From assembly GCA_964486145.1 (NCBI GenBank), contig CAZAMT010000001.1, positions 27 through 64,026 of the forward strand: 64,000 nucleotides of DNA. Direction: 5' to 3'. Below are positions 1 through 10,467 of this stretch, piece by piece. Below the pieces are notes generated by a model that saw only the letters and a list, made by a program, of their open reading frames with translations, had not been told where the DNA came from and searched no databases. The first letter of the stretch is position 1. Each line of letters starts with the position of its first letter. The stretch comes from an uncultured Bacteroidales bacterium. Lineage in GTDB: Bacteria > Bacteroidota > Bacteroidia > Bacteroidales > JAAAOM01. A program made the position numbers and the translations under genes.

Positions 1-137
1 TTAATCAATACATTACCATGAAACAGACCATCCGCCAATTGTCGGACAAGTTATCTGAGATAATTACTGAGGCACACACTACCATAATTGAAATGAGTGC
101 CAAATTTCAGGTTTGGTCACAAATTTTAAACACATGA
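1..137 (+). CDS. 3' end of an upstream CDS (partial, product not identifiable)
   Basis: Frame 3 is open from the window edge to TGA at 135-137. This stop overlaps the ATG at 134 (ATGA junction). Only 44 codons are visible and no motif is recognisable. Confidence 0.35.
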   Translation, partial: NQYITMKQTIRQLSDKLSEIITEAHTTIIEMSAKFQVWSQILNT

Positions 138-2212
138 AACGAATAAATATATTTTATATTTTTCTGATATTACAGGTTACAGCATATGCTCAAATTGACA
201 GAACCAAGCCACCAGAACCAGATCCTGCTCCTGAAATTAAAATCGGCACATACGAAACATTTCAGCTTGAAAACGGATTGAAAGTTTTTGTTGTAGAAAA
301 CCATAAACTGCCCAGGGTTGCGTATTCCCTGATATTTGATAATGACCCCCTTTATGAGGGCGAATTTGCTGGTTACGTGGGTATTGCCGGAAGCTTGATA
401 GGAACCGCTACCGAAAACCGTACAAAAGACGAATTAAATCAGGAAGTTGATTTTATTGGAGCAACACTAAATGCAAGTTCTTCAAGCGTTTATGCAGCTT
501 CATTAAAAAAACACAATGAAAAACTGCTTGAATTGATGTCGGATGTAGTTCTAAATTCCAAATTAACCCAGGATGAACTTGAAAAGGTTAAAAAGCAAAG
601 CATTTCTTCGTTAATGGCTTCACTGAAAGATCCGGATCAAATTTCTTCCAGATTAAACCAGGTTATTCTTTATGGTAACGATCACCCCTACGGAGAAATA
701 ACCACCGAGGAATCGTTGAGCAAAATTGACCTGGAAATATGTCGCGATTATTACGAAAAATATTATAATCCGGCCAATGCTTATCTTGCAGTTATTGGTG
801 ATATTACAGTGAAAGAAGTTAAACCGATGCTTGAAAATTATTTTGAAAGCTGGAGTGCAAAAGAAGTGCAAAAGAAATCATACCATCAACCAAAAGCGCC
901 CGAATCAAGAAAAATTGTAATTCATGATCGGCCTGAATCAGTTCAATCCGTGATAAAAGTGACATATCCGATTGACTTAATGGTTGGGTCACCGGAGGTT
1001 ATGAAAGCTCAAATCATGAATATTATTCTCGGGGGCTCAACATACCGCTTGTTTCAAAATTTAAGAGAAACTCATGGTTGGACCTATGGCGCTTATTCAA
1101 GAATCAGTTCAGACAGACTGGTGGGTAAATTTGAAGCAGCTACTTCTGTCAGAAACGAGGTAACAGACAGCGCCGTTGTTGAAATTCTGTATGAAATGGA
1201 GCGTTTAAAAAATGAACCTGTCCCGGAAGAAGAACTTAGCCGGGTAAAAAACTACGTTTCGGGAAATTTTGCTTTGTCACTGGAAAAACCCGAAACCGTT
1301 GCACGATTTGCTGTAAATACTGCCCGCTATGATTTACCGGATGATTACTACAAAAATTATCTGAAGAGAGTGAGTGAAATAAACAAGGAAGATGTCAAAC
1401 AGGCTGCCAATTCTTTTCTTAAGCCTGAACAAACGTATGTTTTTGTTGTAGGTAATGCAAGTGAAATATCAAAATCCCTTGCAAATCTTCCGGGAACGGA
1501 TGAAATTCAGTTCATAGATGAAAACGGTAATTATTACCATCCTGATGAAGAAAAAACTGAATTGCCGAAAGATCTTCGCGCAAAAGATGTTATTCATAAC
1601 TTTGTTGAAGCCCAGGGAGGAAGAGAAAAACTTGAAAGCATTCAATCCATAAAAATGGAAATGTCCATGAACATGCAAGGGATGACAATGAATGTGCGAC
1701 GATTCCAGGAAACTCCTGATAAATTTGCAATGATTGTTATGATGCAGGGAAATATGGTTCAGCGACAGATTATGAACGGTAACAAAGGAATTTCTTCAGG
1801 AATGCAGGGACAACAGGAAATTACAGGTGATGATTTGGAAAAGCTTAAGCTGGAGACAACGTTAAACCCGGAATTAAAATACGAAGAAATGGGTTATGAA
1901 ATGGAACTCGCTTCTGTAGAAAATGTTAATGGCAAAAAGACATACAAAATAATTCTTACCAATCCCTTTGGAGATAAAACAGTCAATTATTATAGCATTG
2001 AATCAGGACTGAAACTAAAATCCGAACAAAAGGTTGAGAGCCAGATGGGAACCATTGAGCAAACAACTTACTTTAATGATTATAAGAATGTTGATGGTTA
2101 TGTAATGCCCCATTCACTTACCCAGGAAATCAATGGACAAGCTATTGAAATTACCGTTAAAGAGGTAAAGATAAATCCTGAAATTGATGATTCGGTATTT
2201 GAAATAAAATAG
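134..2212 (+). CDS. M16 (pitrilysin/insulinase) family protein, non-catalytic type, with an extra C-terminal domain
   Basis: The ATG at 134 gives the signal peptide MKRINIFYIFLILQVTAYAQ. The overall M16 two-lobe pattern is recognisable. No HxxEH zinc motif occurs anywhere; GYVGIAGSLIGTATENRT sits where it would be. Residues from about 470 onward are an additional domain. Confidence 0.85.
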   Translation: MKRINIFYIFLILQVTAYAQIDRTKPPEPDPAPEIKIGTYETFQLENGLKVFVVENHKLPRVAYSLIFDNDPLYEGEFAGYVGIAGSLIGTATENRTKDELNQEVDFIGATLNASSSSVYAASLKKHNEKLLELMSDVVLNSKLTQDELEKVKKQSISSLMASLKDPDQISSRLNQVILYGNDHPYGEITTEESLSKIDLEICRDYYEKYYNPANAYLAVIGDITVKEVKPMLENYFESWSAKEVQKKSYHQPKAPESRKIVIHDRPESVQSVIKVTYPIDLMVGSPEVMKAQIMNIILGGSTYRLFQNLRETHGWTYGAYSRISSDRLVGKFEAATSVRNEVTDSAVVEILYEMERLKNEPVPEEELSRVKNYVSGNFALSLEKPETVARFAVNTARYDLPDDYYKNYLKRVSEINKEDVKQAANSFLKPEQTYVFVVGNASEISKSLANLPGTDEIQFIDENGNYYHPDEEKTELPKDLRAKDVIHNFVEAQGGREKLESIQSIKMEMSMNMQGMTMNVRRFQETPDKFAMIVMMQGNMVQRQIMNGNKGISSGMQGQQEITGDDLEKLKLETTLNPELKYEEMGYEMELASVENVNGKKTYKIILTNPFGDKTVNYYSIESGLKLKSEQKVESQMGTIEQTTYFNDYKNVDGYVMPHSLTQEINGQAIEITVKEVKINPEIDDSVFEIK

Positions 2213-2241
2213 CAACCCGAGCCTGTTTACATATAGTTTTG

Positions 2242-2278
2242 ATCATCGGTAGTTTATTCAATTGCCGATGATTTTTTT
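2242..2278 (+). terminator. Rho-independent terminator after the M16 gene
   Basis: Stem ATCATCGG (2242-2249) pairs with CCGATGAT (2265-2272) and is followed by a T-run to 2278. Confidence 0.7.
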
Positions 2279-2398
2279 CGATTTTTAGCATTTCATGGTC
2301 AGAGCATGTCCCTGGTGTAATCGTGATGGAATCGCAACGATCATGCAGTGATTTTTCCGTTTTTGGAGAATCAAGCCGATGAAGGGTCTGCATAACAT

Positions 2399-4729
2399 TT
2401 AATTATCCCGGTCAACAACCGTAAACGTGGTAGAGAGTGTTGCACCGTCCTCATCCATCAGGGTGAGTACATGTTCACCACTTTTTGCAAAGAATCCTGC
2501 TTCATGAATTCCTTCCGTCATCGTCAAAAAGACATCATCCAGGTGCCAATACACTTTTTTGGATGGTTCCCGATGGGCCACCTCAAACAATAACTCACTT
2601 CTGCTGCCATTTAGATTCCTGGGAATGTACACTGTCCTAACATCCGCGGGGAAAATAATTTGCATGACATCATCGGCCATTGGTTTGCATTTCGCATGCC
2701 AGGGCGGCAATGGATGATAATCCGGCACCCTTTTTTTATAGTAATATTCCATATGCGCGGGCAGTACAAACCATGATTTCGATACAATTTCTTTGTCATA
2801 GCAATTTCGGTTTACCTGTGTTGTTAAGTTTTTATTTAGATGAACCATTTTATGATACTTACAAACAGGTAGATTATCCGATTTCGGAGAGGACCATATG
2901 GTATCCTTATCCGGACAATAAACAGAGGCAGCAAAACCACTTTGACGGCAAATGATAACTTTTTTCATATCATCATAAGGTTTTAAAAACCAAGATGTTT
3001 GAGGTAATATGTTAAACAAATCAAACATCACCGGCGCAGCAGATTTGATTCCAGTAAGTCCGGGCCTTCCTTCCCCATCGGCATTTCCAACCCATACGGC
3101 CACAACAAACTCAGGGGTAGTGCCAATGGCCCAGGCATCTTTAAAGCCAAAACTGGTGCCCGTTTTCCAGGCAATTTTTCTTGATGAATTGAAATACTGC
3201 CAGCCGGTCTCCTGCACAGGTCGGTTTACTTCCCGCAAAGCTTCAAACATCAACCACACTGCACTTCTGTGCGGTAAATATTCATTTTCAAAATGATTTT
3301 CTTCCTGCTCAATATAATGCACCTTTCTTAAACTGTTTGAATTAAGGTTATTATAGCCATTCAATTTTTGGGCACACGCTGAATATACCGATGCCAGATC
3401 CCATAATGTTGCTTCAGCACCACCCAGTATCAAAGATAATCCGTAATGACCGGGAGGATAATGAAGGGTACCAATCCCGGCATTTTCAAGAAGGTGATAG
3501 AATTTTTGTTGACCGAATTGTTTTAACATGAGTACCGATGGCACATTCAACGATCGTGCAAGCGCCTGTTTTGCTTTCACAGCACCGGAATAGTCTTTGG
3601 AAAAATTTTCGGGCATATAATCTGCAAAACGAACGGGGACATCGGGAATTATTGACTCCGGTGAAATTTTCCCTTCCTCAATCAACGCTGCAAATAAGAG
3701 AGGCTTTAAAATACTGCCTGTACTCCTCGGAGCCTGAACAATGTCAACTTCGTGGTGGTGTTGTTTGCCTGCCTCATAAACATTGCCTGCATACGATTTC
3801 ACTTTTCCGGATTTTACTTCAATTATTAATGCAGCTATGTTATTTATATGATTGTTTTTTAAATTATTATAATGTCTTACCAGTACTTTTTCTGTTTGTC
3901 GTTGAAAGTAATGACTGATGGTTGTATGTATAATTTCACCTGGTTTTTCACTATTTATTTTATCAATTAAATGCTTAGCTAACAATGGCAATGCATATGT
4001 TTTTGATGGTAAAGGTTCAAGTAACGATGCCTCATATTGAAAATTATCAATCAACCCGGCCTGGAACAACTTTTTTAAAACCCGGTTTCTTTTTTTTCTC
4101 AATGCCTCTCTGTTTCTATTTGGATGAATAAGTGACGGGGCATTTGGAAGAACGGCTAACGTTGCCGTTTCTGCCCATGACAAATTGTGAGGATCCCTGT
4201 TGTAATATTTCCAGGCAGCAGCATTTAGTCCGACCACATTGCCACCATACGGTGCGAGAGAAGCATAAATCTGCATAATGTCATTTTTTGTATACTGCAA
4301 TTCCAAACGTGCAGCGAGCAACATTTCATATAACTTACGAAATACGGTTCTTTTTTTGTTCCCTTTCAGCAAACGAATAACCTGCATTGAAATCGTACTT
4401 CCGCCACTAACTATTTCACCATGTTTTGCATTCAGATATACAGCTCTCATCAATGATACCGGGTTAATACCAGGATGTTCATAAAAAAAGCGGTCTTCAA
4501 ATATGGTAATGCATGATTTAAATTTATCAGGAATACTATCCGCGATAGGAAACCGCCATTGGCCATCAGATGCAATTCGTGCACCTAATAATTGATGATC
4601 CTCAGAAAAAACTACAGTGGAATATGGCTTCTGAAAATCGGAATTTTTAATTGAACCAAAATACCAAAGGCTTAAGATAATGCTTAGACAGGCAACAACT
4701 GCTTTATTAATCAAGAAAGGCTTTCTCAA
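2399..4729 (-). CDS. pbpC: Penicillin-binding protein 1C (GT51 transglycosylase / transpeptidase)
   Basis: GT51 motifs EDRFFYEHPGINP and GGSTISMQ are present, with transpeptidase motifs SILK (SxxK) and KTGTS. Length and C-terminal domain are typical of PBP1C. The start is TTG at 4729, or TTG at 4714. Confidence 0.9.
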   Translation of the reverse strand: MRKPFLINKAVVACLSIILSLWYFGSIKNSDFQKPYSTVVFSEDHQLLGARIASDGQWRFPIADSIPDKFKSCITIFEDRFFYEHPGINPVSLMRAVYLNAKHGEIVSGGSTISMQVIRLLKGNKKRTVFRKLYEMLLAARLELQYTKNDIMQIYASLAPYGGNVVGLNAAAWKYYNRDPHNLSWAETATLAVLPNAPSLIHPNRNREALRKKRNRVLKKLFQAGLIDNFQYEASLLEPLPSKTYALPLLAKHLIDKINSEKPGEIIHTTISHYFQRQTEKVLVRHYNNLKNNHINNIAALIIEVKSGKVKSYAGNVYEAGKQHHHEVDIVQAPRSTGSILKPLLFAALIEEGKISPESIIPDVPVRFADYMPENFSKDYSGAVKAKQALARSLNVPSVLMLKQFGQQKFYHLLENAGIGTLHYPPGHYGLSLILGGAEATLWDLASVYSACAQKLNGYNNLNSNSLRKVHYIEQEENHFENEYLPHRSAVWLMFEALREVNRPVQETGWQYFNSSRKIAWKTGTSFGFKDAWAIGTTPEFVVAVWVGNADGEGRPGLTGIKSAAPVMFDLFNILPQTSWFLKPYDDMKKVIICRQSGFAASVYCPDKDTIWSSPKSDNLPVCKYHKMVHLNKNLTTQVNRNCYDKEIVSKSWFVLPAHMEYYYKKRVPDYHPLPPWHAKCKPMADDVMQIIFPADVRTVYIPRNLNGSRSELLFEVAHREPSKKVYWHLDDVFLTMTEGIHEAGFFAKSGEHVLTLMDEDGATLSTTFTVVDRDN

Positions 4730-5411
4730 TTTCTGTTATATATTTTTCTCTAATACTTTGCAATCGTTCAGTTGTAATGTCCTGTGCGTAAATTCTTACC
4801 ACATCTTTTACACCCTGATAATATATTGAACCAAGAGCAGCATCAAAGTTTGCATTGTCCATGTTGTTCTTTAATTTTTTGGTAATGCTCTCAAACATTT
4901 CCCATTTTAATTGCCTGGGAATTTGCAGATAATACATGTACATATCTTCAAGATCTTTAAATAAGCCTTCGGAAATTGTTTCAATAACAAATGACTTTTT
5001 TAATTGAATAATGCAAGGTGCATGAATGCTTTTTTTCTTTTTAAAAGTAAATCCCAAATCAATAAACTTTACCTGCAATTCACTTATGTGATCAAAGCTC
5101 TCCAATCCCCTTATCCGAATGCAACCATACGTATTATTAAAAATACAGATTTTACCGGCTGCTGCATCAAATGGATGGTGAAAATACTTTTTGATATCCG
5201 ATGTTGCCCTGATGACCTTTTCTATGGTATGCATTTTTGAAGTGACAAAGAACAAAGCATTCGGCACTGGTTCCTGAGGCAAATTTTTACCATGATATCC
5301 GGGAAAAGGCAATTCACTTTCAAGAACCAGGGTGTTTGGCATCACATGTTCATTCAAAGTTATCAGATTTTCTCTTTTAGCAAGACCTCCAAATACCTCA
5401 ATATGTTTCAC
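4707..5411 (-). CDS. Hypothetical protein (family not recognised)
   Basis: A 234-codon ORF with an ATG start and no signal peptide or TM segment. Its stop overlaps the pbpC start by 8-23 nt, suggesting co-translation. I recognise no motif. Confidence 0.6.
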   Translation of the reverse strand: MKHIEVFGGLAKRENLITLNEHVMPNTLVLESELPFPGYHGKNLPQEPVPNALFFVTSKMHTIEKVIRATSDIKKYFHHPFDAAAGKICIFNNTYGCIRIRGLESFDHISELQVKFIDLGFTFKKKKSIHAPCIIQLKKSFVIETISEGLFKDLEDMYMYYLQIPRQLKWEMFESITKKLKNNMDNANFDAALGSIYYQGVKDVVRIYAQDITTERLQSIREKYITEIEKAFLD

Positions 5412-5606
5412 TGCAATTAGATTATGTTAAATATTTGGTTTTCATTCATTTATCATCACCGGAAATGGTTTTTGTATCTACAATTTAGCAGAACACACGA
5501 ACAAAAGGTATGGAAACGACACATTCGAATGAAATTTTATGGAAAGTTAGTGATTTTGCAAGAAATTTAAAATATTTATTTAGAAATATTTTAAATAATG
5601 GTCAGC

Positions 5607-6374
5607 TTATTTTTCCAATAAGTTACCAAGGATGGATGAACCTTCTTTTCCAGCATTTTTGCTGTAAGGAGCAATGGCCTGAATCAGTTTCCGGATGGGC
5701 ATGGATTGCAGCCATACTTTTCCTGACCCCCTGAGGGTTGCCAAAAAAATTCCTTCTCCACCAAACACCATTGACTTAAGGCTTCCTGCAGTTTCAACAT
5801 TAAAATCTATTGTCGGCTCAAAAGCAACCACACAACCAGTATCAATGCGTAAGGTATCATGATTGAGCGTTTTTTGAATAACTGTACCCCCGGCATGAAC
5901 AAATGCTTTTCCATCGCCCTGCAAGCGTTGCAAAATGAAACCTTCTCCACCCACTAAGCCGGAACCCAGCCGCCGATTAAATTCAACTGACAGTTTTGTT
6001 CCAAGAGCCGCACATAAAAACCCGTCTTTTTGAACAATGAGCTGATTATTTAATGAACTTAAATCCATTGGAATAATTGTACCCGGGTAAGGCGCTGCAA
6101 ATGCTACTTTTCTTTTGACTGTTGCTTTATTGGTAAAATGAGTGATGAATACAGATTCTCCTGTTAAAAGTCTGGACCCTGCCGAAAGCAGCTTGCCCAG
6201 GAGGCCCTGGTTGGGGTTAGAACCATCGCCCATTTTAACATCGTACTGTATGCCTTCTTCCATATATACCATAGCTCCTGCTTCTGCAATGACGGTTTCT
6301 TGCGGATCAAGCTCAACTTCTACCAGTTGAATATCATCCCCAAATATTTTATAATCAATTTCGTGTGATTGCAT
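5607..6374 (-). CDS. TIGR00266 / AIM24 (DUF124) family protein
   Basis: The N-terminus ([37 protein letters not shown]) and the glycine-rich beta pattern are typical of the AIM24/TIGR00266 family. It starts 11 nt after the stop of the upstream kinase. Confidence 0.8.
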   Translation of the reverse strand: MQSHEIDYKIFGDDIQLVEVELDPQETVIAEAGAMVYMEEGIQYDVKMGDGSNPNQGLLGKLLSAGSRLLTGESVFITHFTNKATVKRKVAFAAPYPGTIIPMDLSSLNNQLIVQKDGFLCAALGTKLSVEFNRRLGSGLVGGEGFILQRLQGDGKAFVHAGGTVIQKTLNHDTLRIDTGCVVAFEPTIDFNVETAGSLKSMVFGGEGIFLATLRGSGKVWLQSMPIRKLIQAIAPYSKNAGKEGSSILGNLLEK

Positions 6375-6385
6375 AGTTATATAGT

Positions 6386-9193
6386 TTAATCAGAAAAAAA
6401 CTTTATAAGAAGATTTTTAATCGTTTTAATTTCAACTGGTTTAACAAGATAATCATTCATGCCTGCTTTGATAGCTTCTTTTTTTATCTTATTACTTGCA
6501 GTTGCCGTCATTGCAATGATGGGTTTATTATAACCATTATCTCTTAGTTCCTTTACAACTTCCCATCCGTCTTTTTCGGGCATCATAAGATCAGTAAATA
6601 TAATATCATATTCCTTTTCACTGACTTTATTCATAACTTCAACACCATCGCTGGCTATTTCAATGGTATATCCCAAATTTTTAAATATTGTTTGAGCCAC
6701 TTTCTGATTAATCAGGTTATCCTCAGCAACCAGAATTGAAATATTTTTTCGTACGTCTTCAGCCCTGTCCGTATTGATTTTTACATTCGGAAGTATGGAA
6801 TTCAAAAATTTAAATATATCCCTAAAATCAAAAGGTTCAATGAGATAATAATCAATATTTAATTTTTTACTTTGAATATAATTTCCATGCTTATCATTCC
6901 TGCTAAACATCATGAGATAATAATCATTGCTTATGTTGCTGTTATATAAATCATTGGCAACATTGAACCCGTTATGCTGAACAGTATCGATTATCAAAAT
7001 GATGTGGTAAGGTTTGCTATCTGATTTCAGTTTTTCCAGCAGACCACTGCTATAATCCAAAACATCAGGTTTGAAACCATGCCTTTTAAGTTGATTATAA
7101 AATGTATTATTTTCATTATTATCACTAACGATGAGTATTTTCACCTGCTCAGGTTTTTGCAGTTGATTCAGGTCAATGTCTTTTACAACTTTTTTATCAG
7201 CATAAGCCTCAATGGTAAAACTGAACTTTGATCCCGGGTATTTGGAACTTGTTGAAATTGAAGACGGACTTTCCACCCATATTTCACCATTCATTAAATT
7301 TACGAGTTGCTTGGATATGGTTGTTCCAAGCCCGGACCCTCCATACTTGCGAGCAACAGAGCCATCCGCCTGTATGTAGGAACCAAATATTTGACTCAAA
7401 TTTTGTTTTGGAATACCAATTCCTGTATCCTCCACAGAAAAAAGGATGTTCAGGTTACCTGAATATTCATCTTCCAGATCAACAGTAAGTTTAATTTCAC
7501 CTTCATTTGTAAATTTTATTGCGTTGCTTATCAGGTTTGAAATGACCTGTCGTAAACGATATGGATCACCCACGATGTTGTCCGGGACATTATCATTCAT
7601 TTCATGCGAAATCATAATGTTTTTGGAAACGGCCATTGGTCGGAATAATTCAAGTGCGAATTTTATTTCTTCACTTAGCTTGAATGGGATTTCCTCCAGC
7701 ATCATTTTACCTGCTTCAATTTTACTAAAATCAAGAATATCGTTAATAATGGCAAGCAATAAATTGGCTGATTTTTTAATGATTTCAACATACTCCACTT
7801 GCTCATTGGTAAGTGACTGGTTAAAAAGCGTATCGGTCATTCCAATGATACCATTCATCGGGGTCCGGATTTCATGACTCATCTTTGCAAGAAATTCCGA
7901 TTTCGCGTTGTTTGCAGCGGCCTCTTGTTTTCTTGATTTTTCAATGGATGTGATATCGATAAGAATATTGATCAATGATTCTTCTCCGGCAAGCACAATG
8001 GGAACCTCCCTGACAACAATAACAGTTTGCTGTCCATTCTTCTCGTAATAAATGAATTTATTTTCATCAAAAGCCGTGTCCGTGCGTTTTGAATTGGTAT
8101 AATCATTTGAAAGCAGATCAATGCTTTTCACATGCTTCCCTTTTAAACTTTCTTTTTCCTGGATGAGCAGTAATTCTTTTGCAGACTTATTGATGCCTTT
8201 GATGATGAGTTCTTTATTTAGTATAACTATACCAATGGGCAAAGCATCCAAAATTTTATGCAATACTGCATGGTCATCAATGAGTTCTTTTTCTGTTTTT
8301 GACTTCTTTTTTATCTCATTCAGAATGATATAAATGGTTATTATGAGTAAAAGCAAACTCAGAAATGTAATGATGATGGTTTTATTTATGACAGAATTTA
8401 AAATTACGTTTGTATTTAAATGAAATGCGATGCCATATTCCTGCTGTAAAATATGAATGGGATAGTAAACTGAAATCGCTTTGTACTGACGCCCCTTGAC
8501 CAACACATTGTGCTTTAAAAAACCTGATAACCCATTGGTGATTGCCTCGCGTATTTCCTCAATTCCGGCATATGAGATACTGTCGGATGAGTAATTATCA
8601 TAAATAACATTTCCGCTTTTATCCAACATGGTTTGCCATAAGTCATCCTCAAGCTTATAGTTTTTAAATTCAGACACTATGTAAGTCTTAAAATTCAGGC
8701 TAACAATGATGTTTCCGTAAACAGAATCATTTTGAAAAATAGGAAGATAATAATAGAAATCGTCATTGACTTTTTCAATGGTTTCCTTGCTTTTCAGGCG
8801 TTGACTTTGCTGGGATTCATAAAAATCAAAAATAAATTGGTCTTTGTCGTTTTTATAAATACTTAAAACCTGGTTATTCCTGTCGTGCACATGAATAAAA
8901 TTAATCAGTTTTTCGTATTTGTAATAAAACATTTGAAGTTTACGGGACCCACTGTTTTTTAAATCCTGGTTTTCAAAGATTTGTTTAAGGTCATCAGAAT
9001 ATAAAATATAATTAATCTCACTTTCAAAGCTGTACCCGGTCTGTTCAATTTTTGATCCGCATATTTCAGCCTGACTGGTAAGTAAACTTCGCTGGAAGGC
9101 AATTTGCTTTTTATGGGTATTGCCATAATAATAAATATTAACAGCAATAATAACCAGCACAATGGTGGTAATTAAATAGTATGTCTTTCTCAT
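6386..9193 (-). CDS. Hybrid sensor histidine kinase / response regulator
   Basis: Two TM segments flank a roughly 250-aa extracytoplasmic domain, followed by a PAS-like region. H-box [13 protein letters not shown] and ATPase boxes DTGIGIP and [10 protein letters not shown] are present. A degenerate receiver (LIEPF where KP is expected) precedes an intact one ([13 protein letters not shown]). Confidence 0.9.
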   Translation of the reverse strand: MRKTYYLITTIVLVIIAVNIYYYGNTHKKQIAFQRSLLTSQAEICGSKIEQTGYSFESEINYILYSDDLKQIFENQDLKNSGSRKLQMFYYKYEKLINFIHVHDRNNQVLSIYKNDKDQFIFDFYESQQSQRLKSKETIEKVNDDFYYYLPIFQNDSVYGNIIVSLNFKTYIVSEFKNYKLEDDLWQTMLDKSGNVIYDNYSSDSISYAGIEEIREAITNGLSGFLKHNVLVKGRQYKAISVYYPIHILQQEYGIAFHLNTNVILNSVINKTIIITFLSLLLLIITIYIILNEIKKKSKTEKELIDDHAVLHKILDALPIGIVILNKELIIKGINKSAKELLLIQEKESLKGKHVKSIDLLSNDYTNSKRTDTAFDENKFIYYEKNGQQTVIVVREVPIVLAGEESLINILIDITSIEKSRKQEAAANNAKSEFLAKMSHEIRTPMNGIIGMTDTLFNQSLTNEQVEYVEIIKKSANLLLAIINDILDFSKIEAGKMMLEEIPFKLSEEIKFALELFRPMAVSKNIMISHEMNDNVPDNIVGDPYRLRQVISNLISNAIKFTNEGEIKLTVDLEDEYSGNLNILFSVEDTGIGIPKQNLSQIFGSYIQADGSVARKYGGSGLGTTISKQLVNLMNGEIWVESPSSISTSSKYPGSKFSFTIEAYADKKVVKDIDLNQLQKPEQVKILIVSDNNENNTFYNQLKRHGFKPDVLDYSSGLLEKLKSDSKPYHIILIIDTVQHNGFNVANDLYNSNISNDYYLMMFSRNDKHGNYIQSKKLNIDYYLIEPFDFRDIFKFLNSILPNVKINTDRAEDVRKNISILVAEDNLINQKVAQTIFKNLGYTIEIASDGVEVMNKVSEKEYDIIFTDLMMPEKDGWEVVKELRDNGYNKPIIAMTATASNKIKKEAIKAGMNDYLVKPVEIKTIKNLLIKFFSD

Positions 9194-9283
9194 TTACAAA
9201 TTTATTTAATGCCAGGTTTCAGGTATTCCAATTCTTCTTTCCCGATATACGGGAACTTATTTTAAAGGTTGATTAAAAATCAA

Positions 9284-10225
9284 TCAACTTGTTCTATATT
9301 TTGACTGATCTTCTAAAAGCATATTTAAATAGCTTTTGTAGCGTTGTTCACTGATTTGTCCAAATTCTATCTGCTTTTTAACATTGCACCCGGGTTCATT
9401 TACATGCAGGCAATTATTGTATTTGCACTCATATGAAGCTTCGAATATCTCCGGGAAAAAGTGGTACAGTTCTTCCTTCTCAATATCAATGAGCCCAAAA
9501 GCCCGTATACCGGGGGTATCTATCACGTAGCCACCTGTTGGTAATTCATGCATTTCGGCAAATGTTGTTGTATGTTTCCCGGTTTTGTGCAACCCGGATA
9601 TTTCTTTTGTTTTTAAATTTAAATCCGGATGAATCTTATTGAGCAATGAAGATTTACCAACCCCGGAATTTCCGGCAATAACTGAAATCTTATTTTTCAA
9701 TAAATGTTTCACTTCATCAAAGTGATCTCCTGTAACAAGGGAAAGTCCGAAACACTGATACCCAATTCTTGTGTAGGTGCTTTCGATGGAATGCTGAATG
9801 TTTTTTTCTACATCCCCGTAAATGTCTGTTTTGTTTATCAGGATAGCAGAAGTTATGTTGTACGCCTCCGCGCTTACAAGAAACCTGTCAACAAATTCCA
9901 TCGGTGTTTTCGGATTTTTCAAAGTTATCATTAATACCGCCAAATCAATATTTGCAGCAATCAGATGATATTGTTTCGATAAATTTGAAGATCGCCGGAT
10001 GATATAGTTTTTTCTCGGTTCAACATCTTCGATTACACCTTCTTGTTTTGATTTTTCGCTAACATACCTGAAATATACAGTATCACCTGTTGCCACCGGG
10101 TTCGTGCTTCTCAAGCCTTTCAATCGCAGTTTACCTTTAACAGTGCAGTTTATTAGACGTCCATTCTCCAGGCCTTTCACAATATACCATCTGCCTGTTG
10201 ATTTTATCACTAATCCCTTATTCAA
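9284..10225 (-). CDS. rsgA: Ribosome small-subunit-dependent GTPase A
   Basis: GNSGVGKSSLLN, DTPGIR and the C-terminal zinc knuckle CKYNNCLHVNEPGC are present. The ORF extends to ATG 10300, but as I recall family members begin near KGLVIKSTGRWY, so I favour TTG at 10225. The start is uncertain. Confidence 0.85.
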   Translation of the reverse strand: MNKGLVIKSTGRWYIVKGLENGRLINCTVKGKLRLKGLRSTNPVATGDTVYFRYVSEKSKQEGVIEDVEPRKNYIIRRSSNLSKQYHLIAANIDLAVLMITLKNPKTPMEFVDRFLVSAEAYNITSAILINKTDIYGDVEKNIQHSIESTYTRIGYQCFGLSLVTGDHFDEVKHLLKNKISVIAGNSGVGKSSLLNKIHPDLNLKTKEISGLHKTGKHTTTFAEMHELPTGGYVIDTPGIRAFGLIDIEKEELYHFFPEIFEASYECKYNNCLHVNEPGCNVKKQIEFGQISEQRYKSYLNMLLEDQSKYRTS

Positions 10226-10467
10226 AATATATTTTTTGGTAAATATAAAATGATTATGTATTCGTATGAAACATTCGTTATTTTTTTGTTTTATTTTCAC
10301 AAAACAAATGATTAAAATTCATTCGTTCACTACCAGAATAAATTATATGTTTTATCGGAATGTTTATGACATGCATCAAAAAAACATTGGTCAGGAAGTG
10401 CAATATTAAGCCAAAACCAACGTTGATAGGGTTTCAGGGATAGCAATAAACACCGCGTTTTCATAAA

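Noticed and set aside
113-133. TTG at 113 as the start of the M16 protein
   Set aside because: The ATG at 134 begins a canonical signal peptide and forms an ATGA overlap with the upstream reading frame. The seven extra codons add nothing recognisable.
7446-7877. Plus-strand ORF 7446..7877, and similar antisense ORFs at 3538..3918, 41640..42038 and 56515..56874
   Set aside because: All lie fully inside strongly supported minus-strand genes (hybrid kinase, pbpC, envC-like, MCP). They show the biased composition typical of antisense frames.
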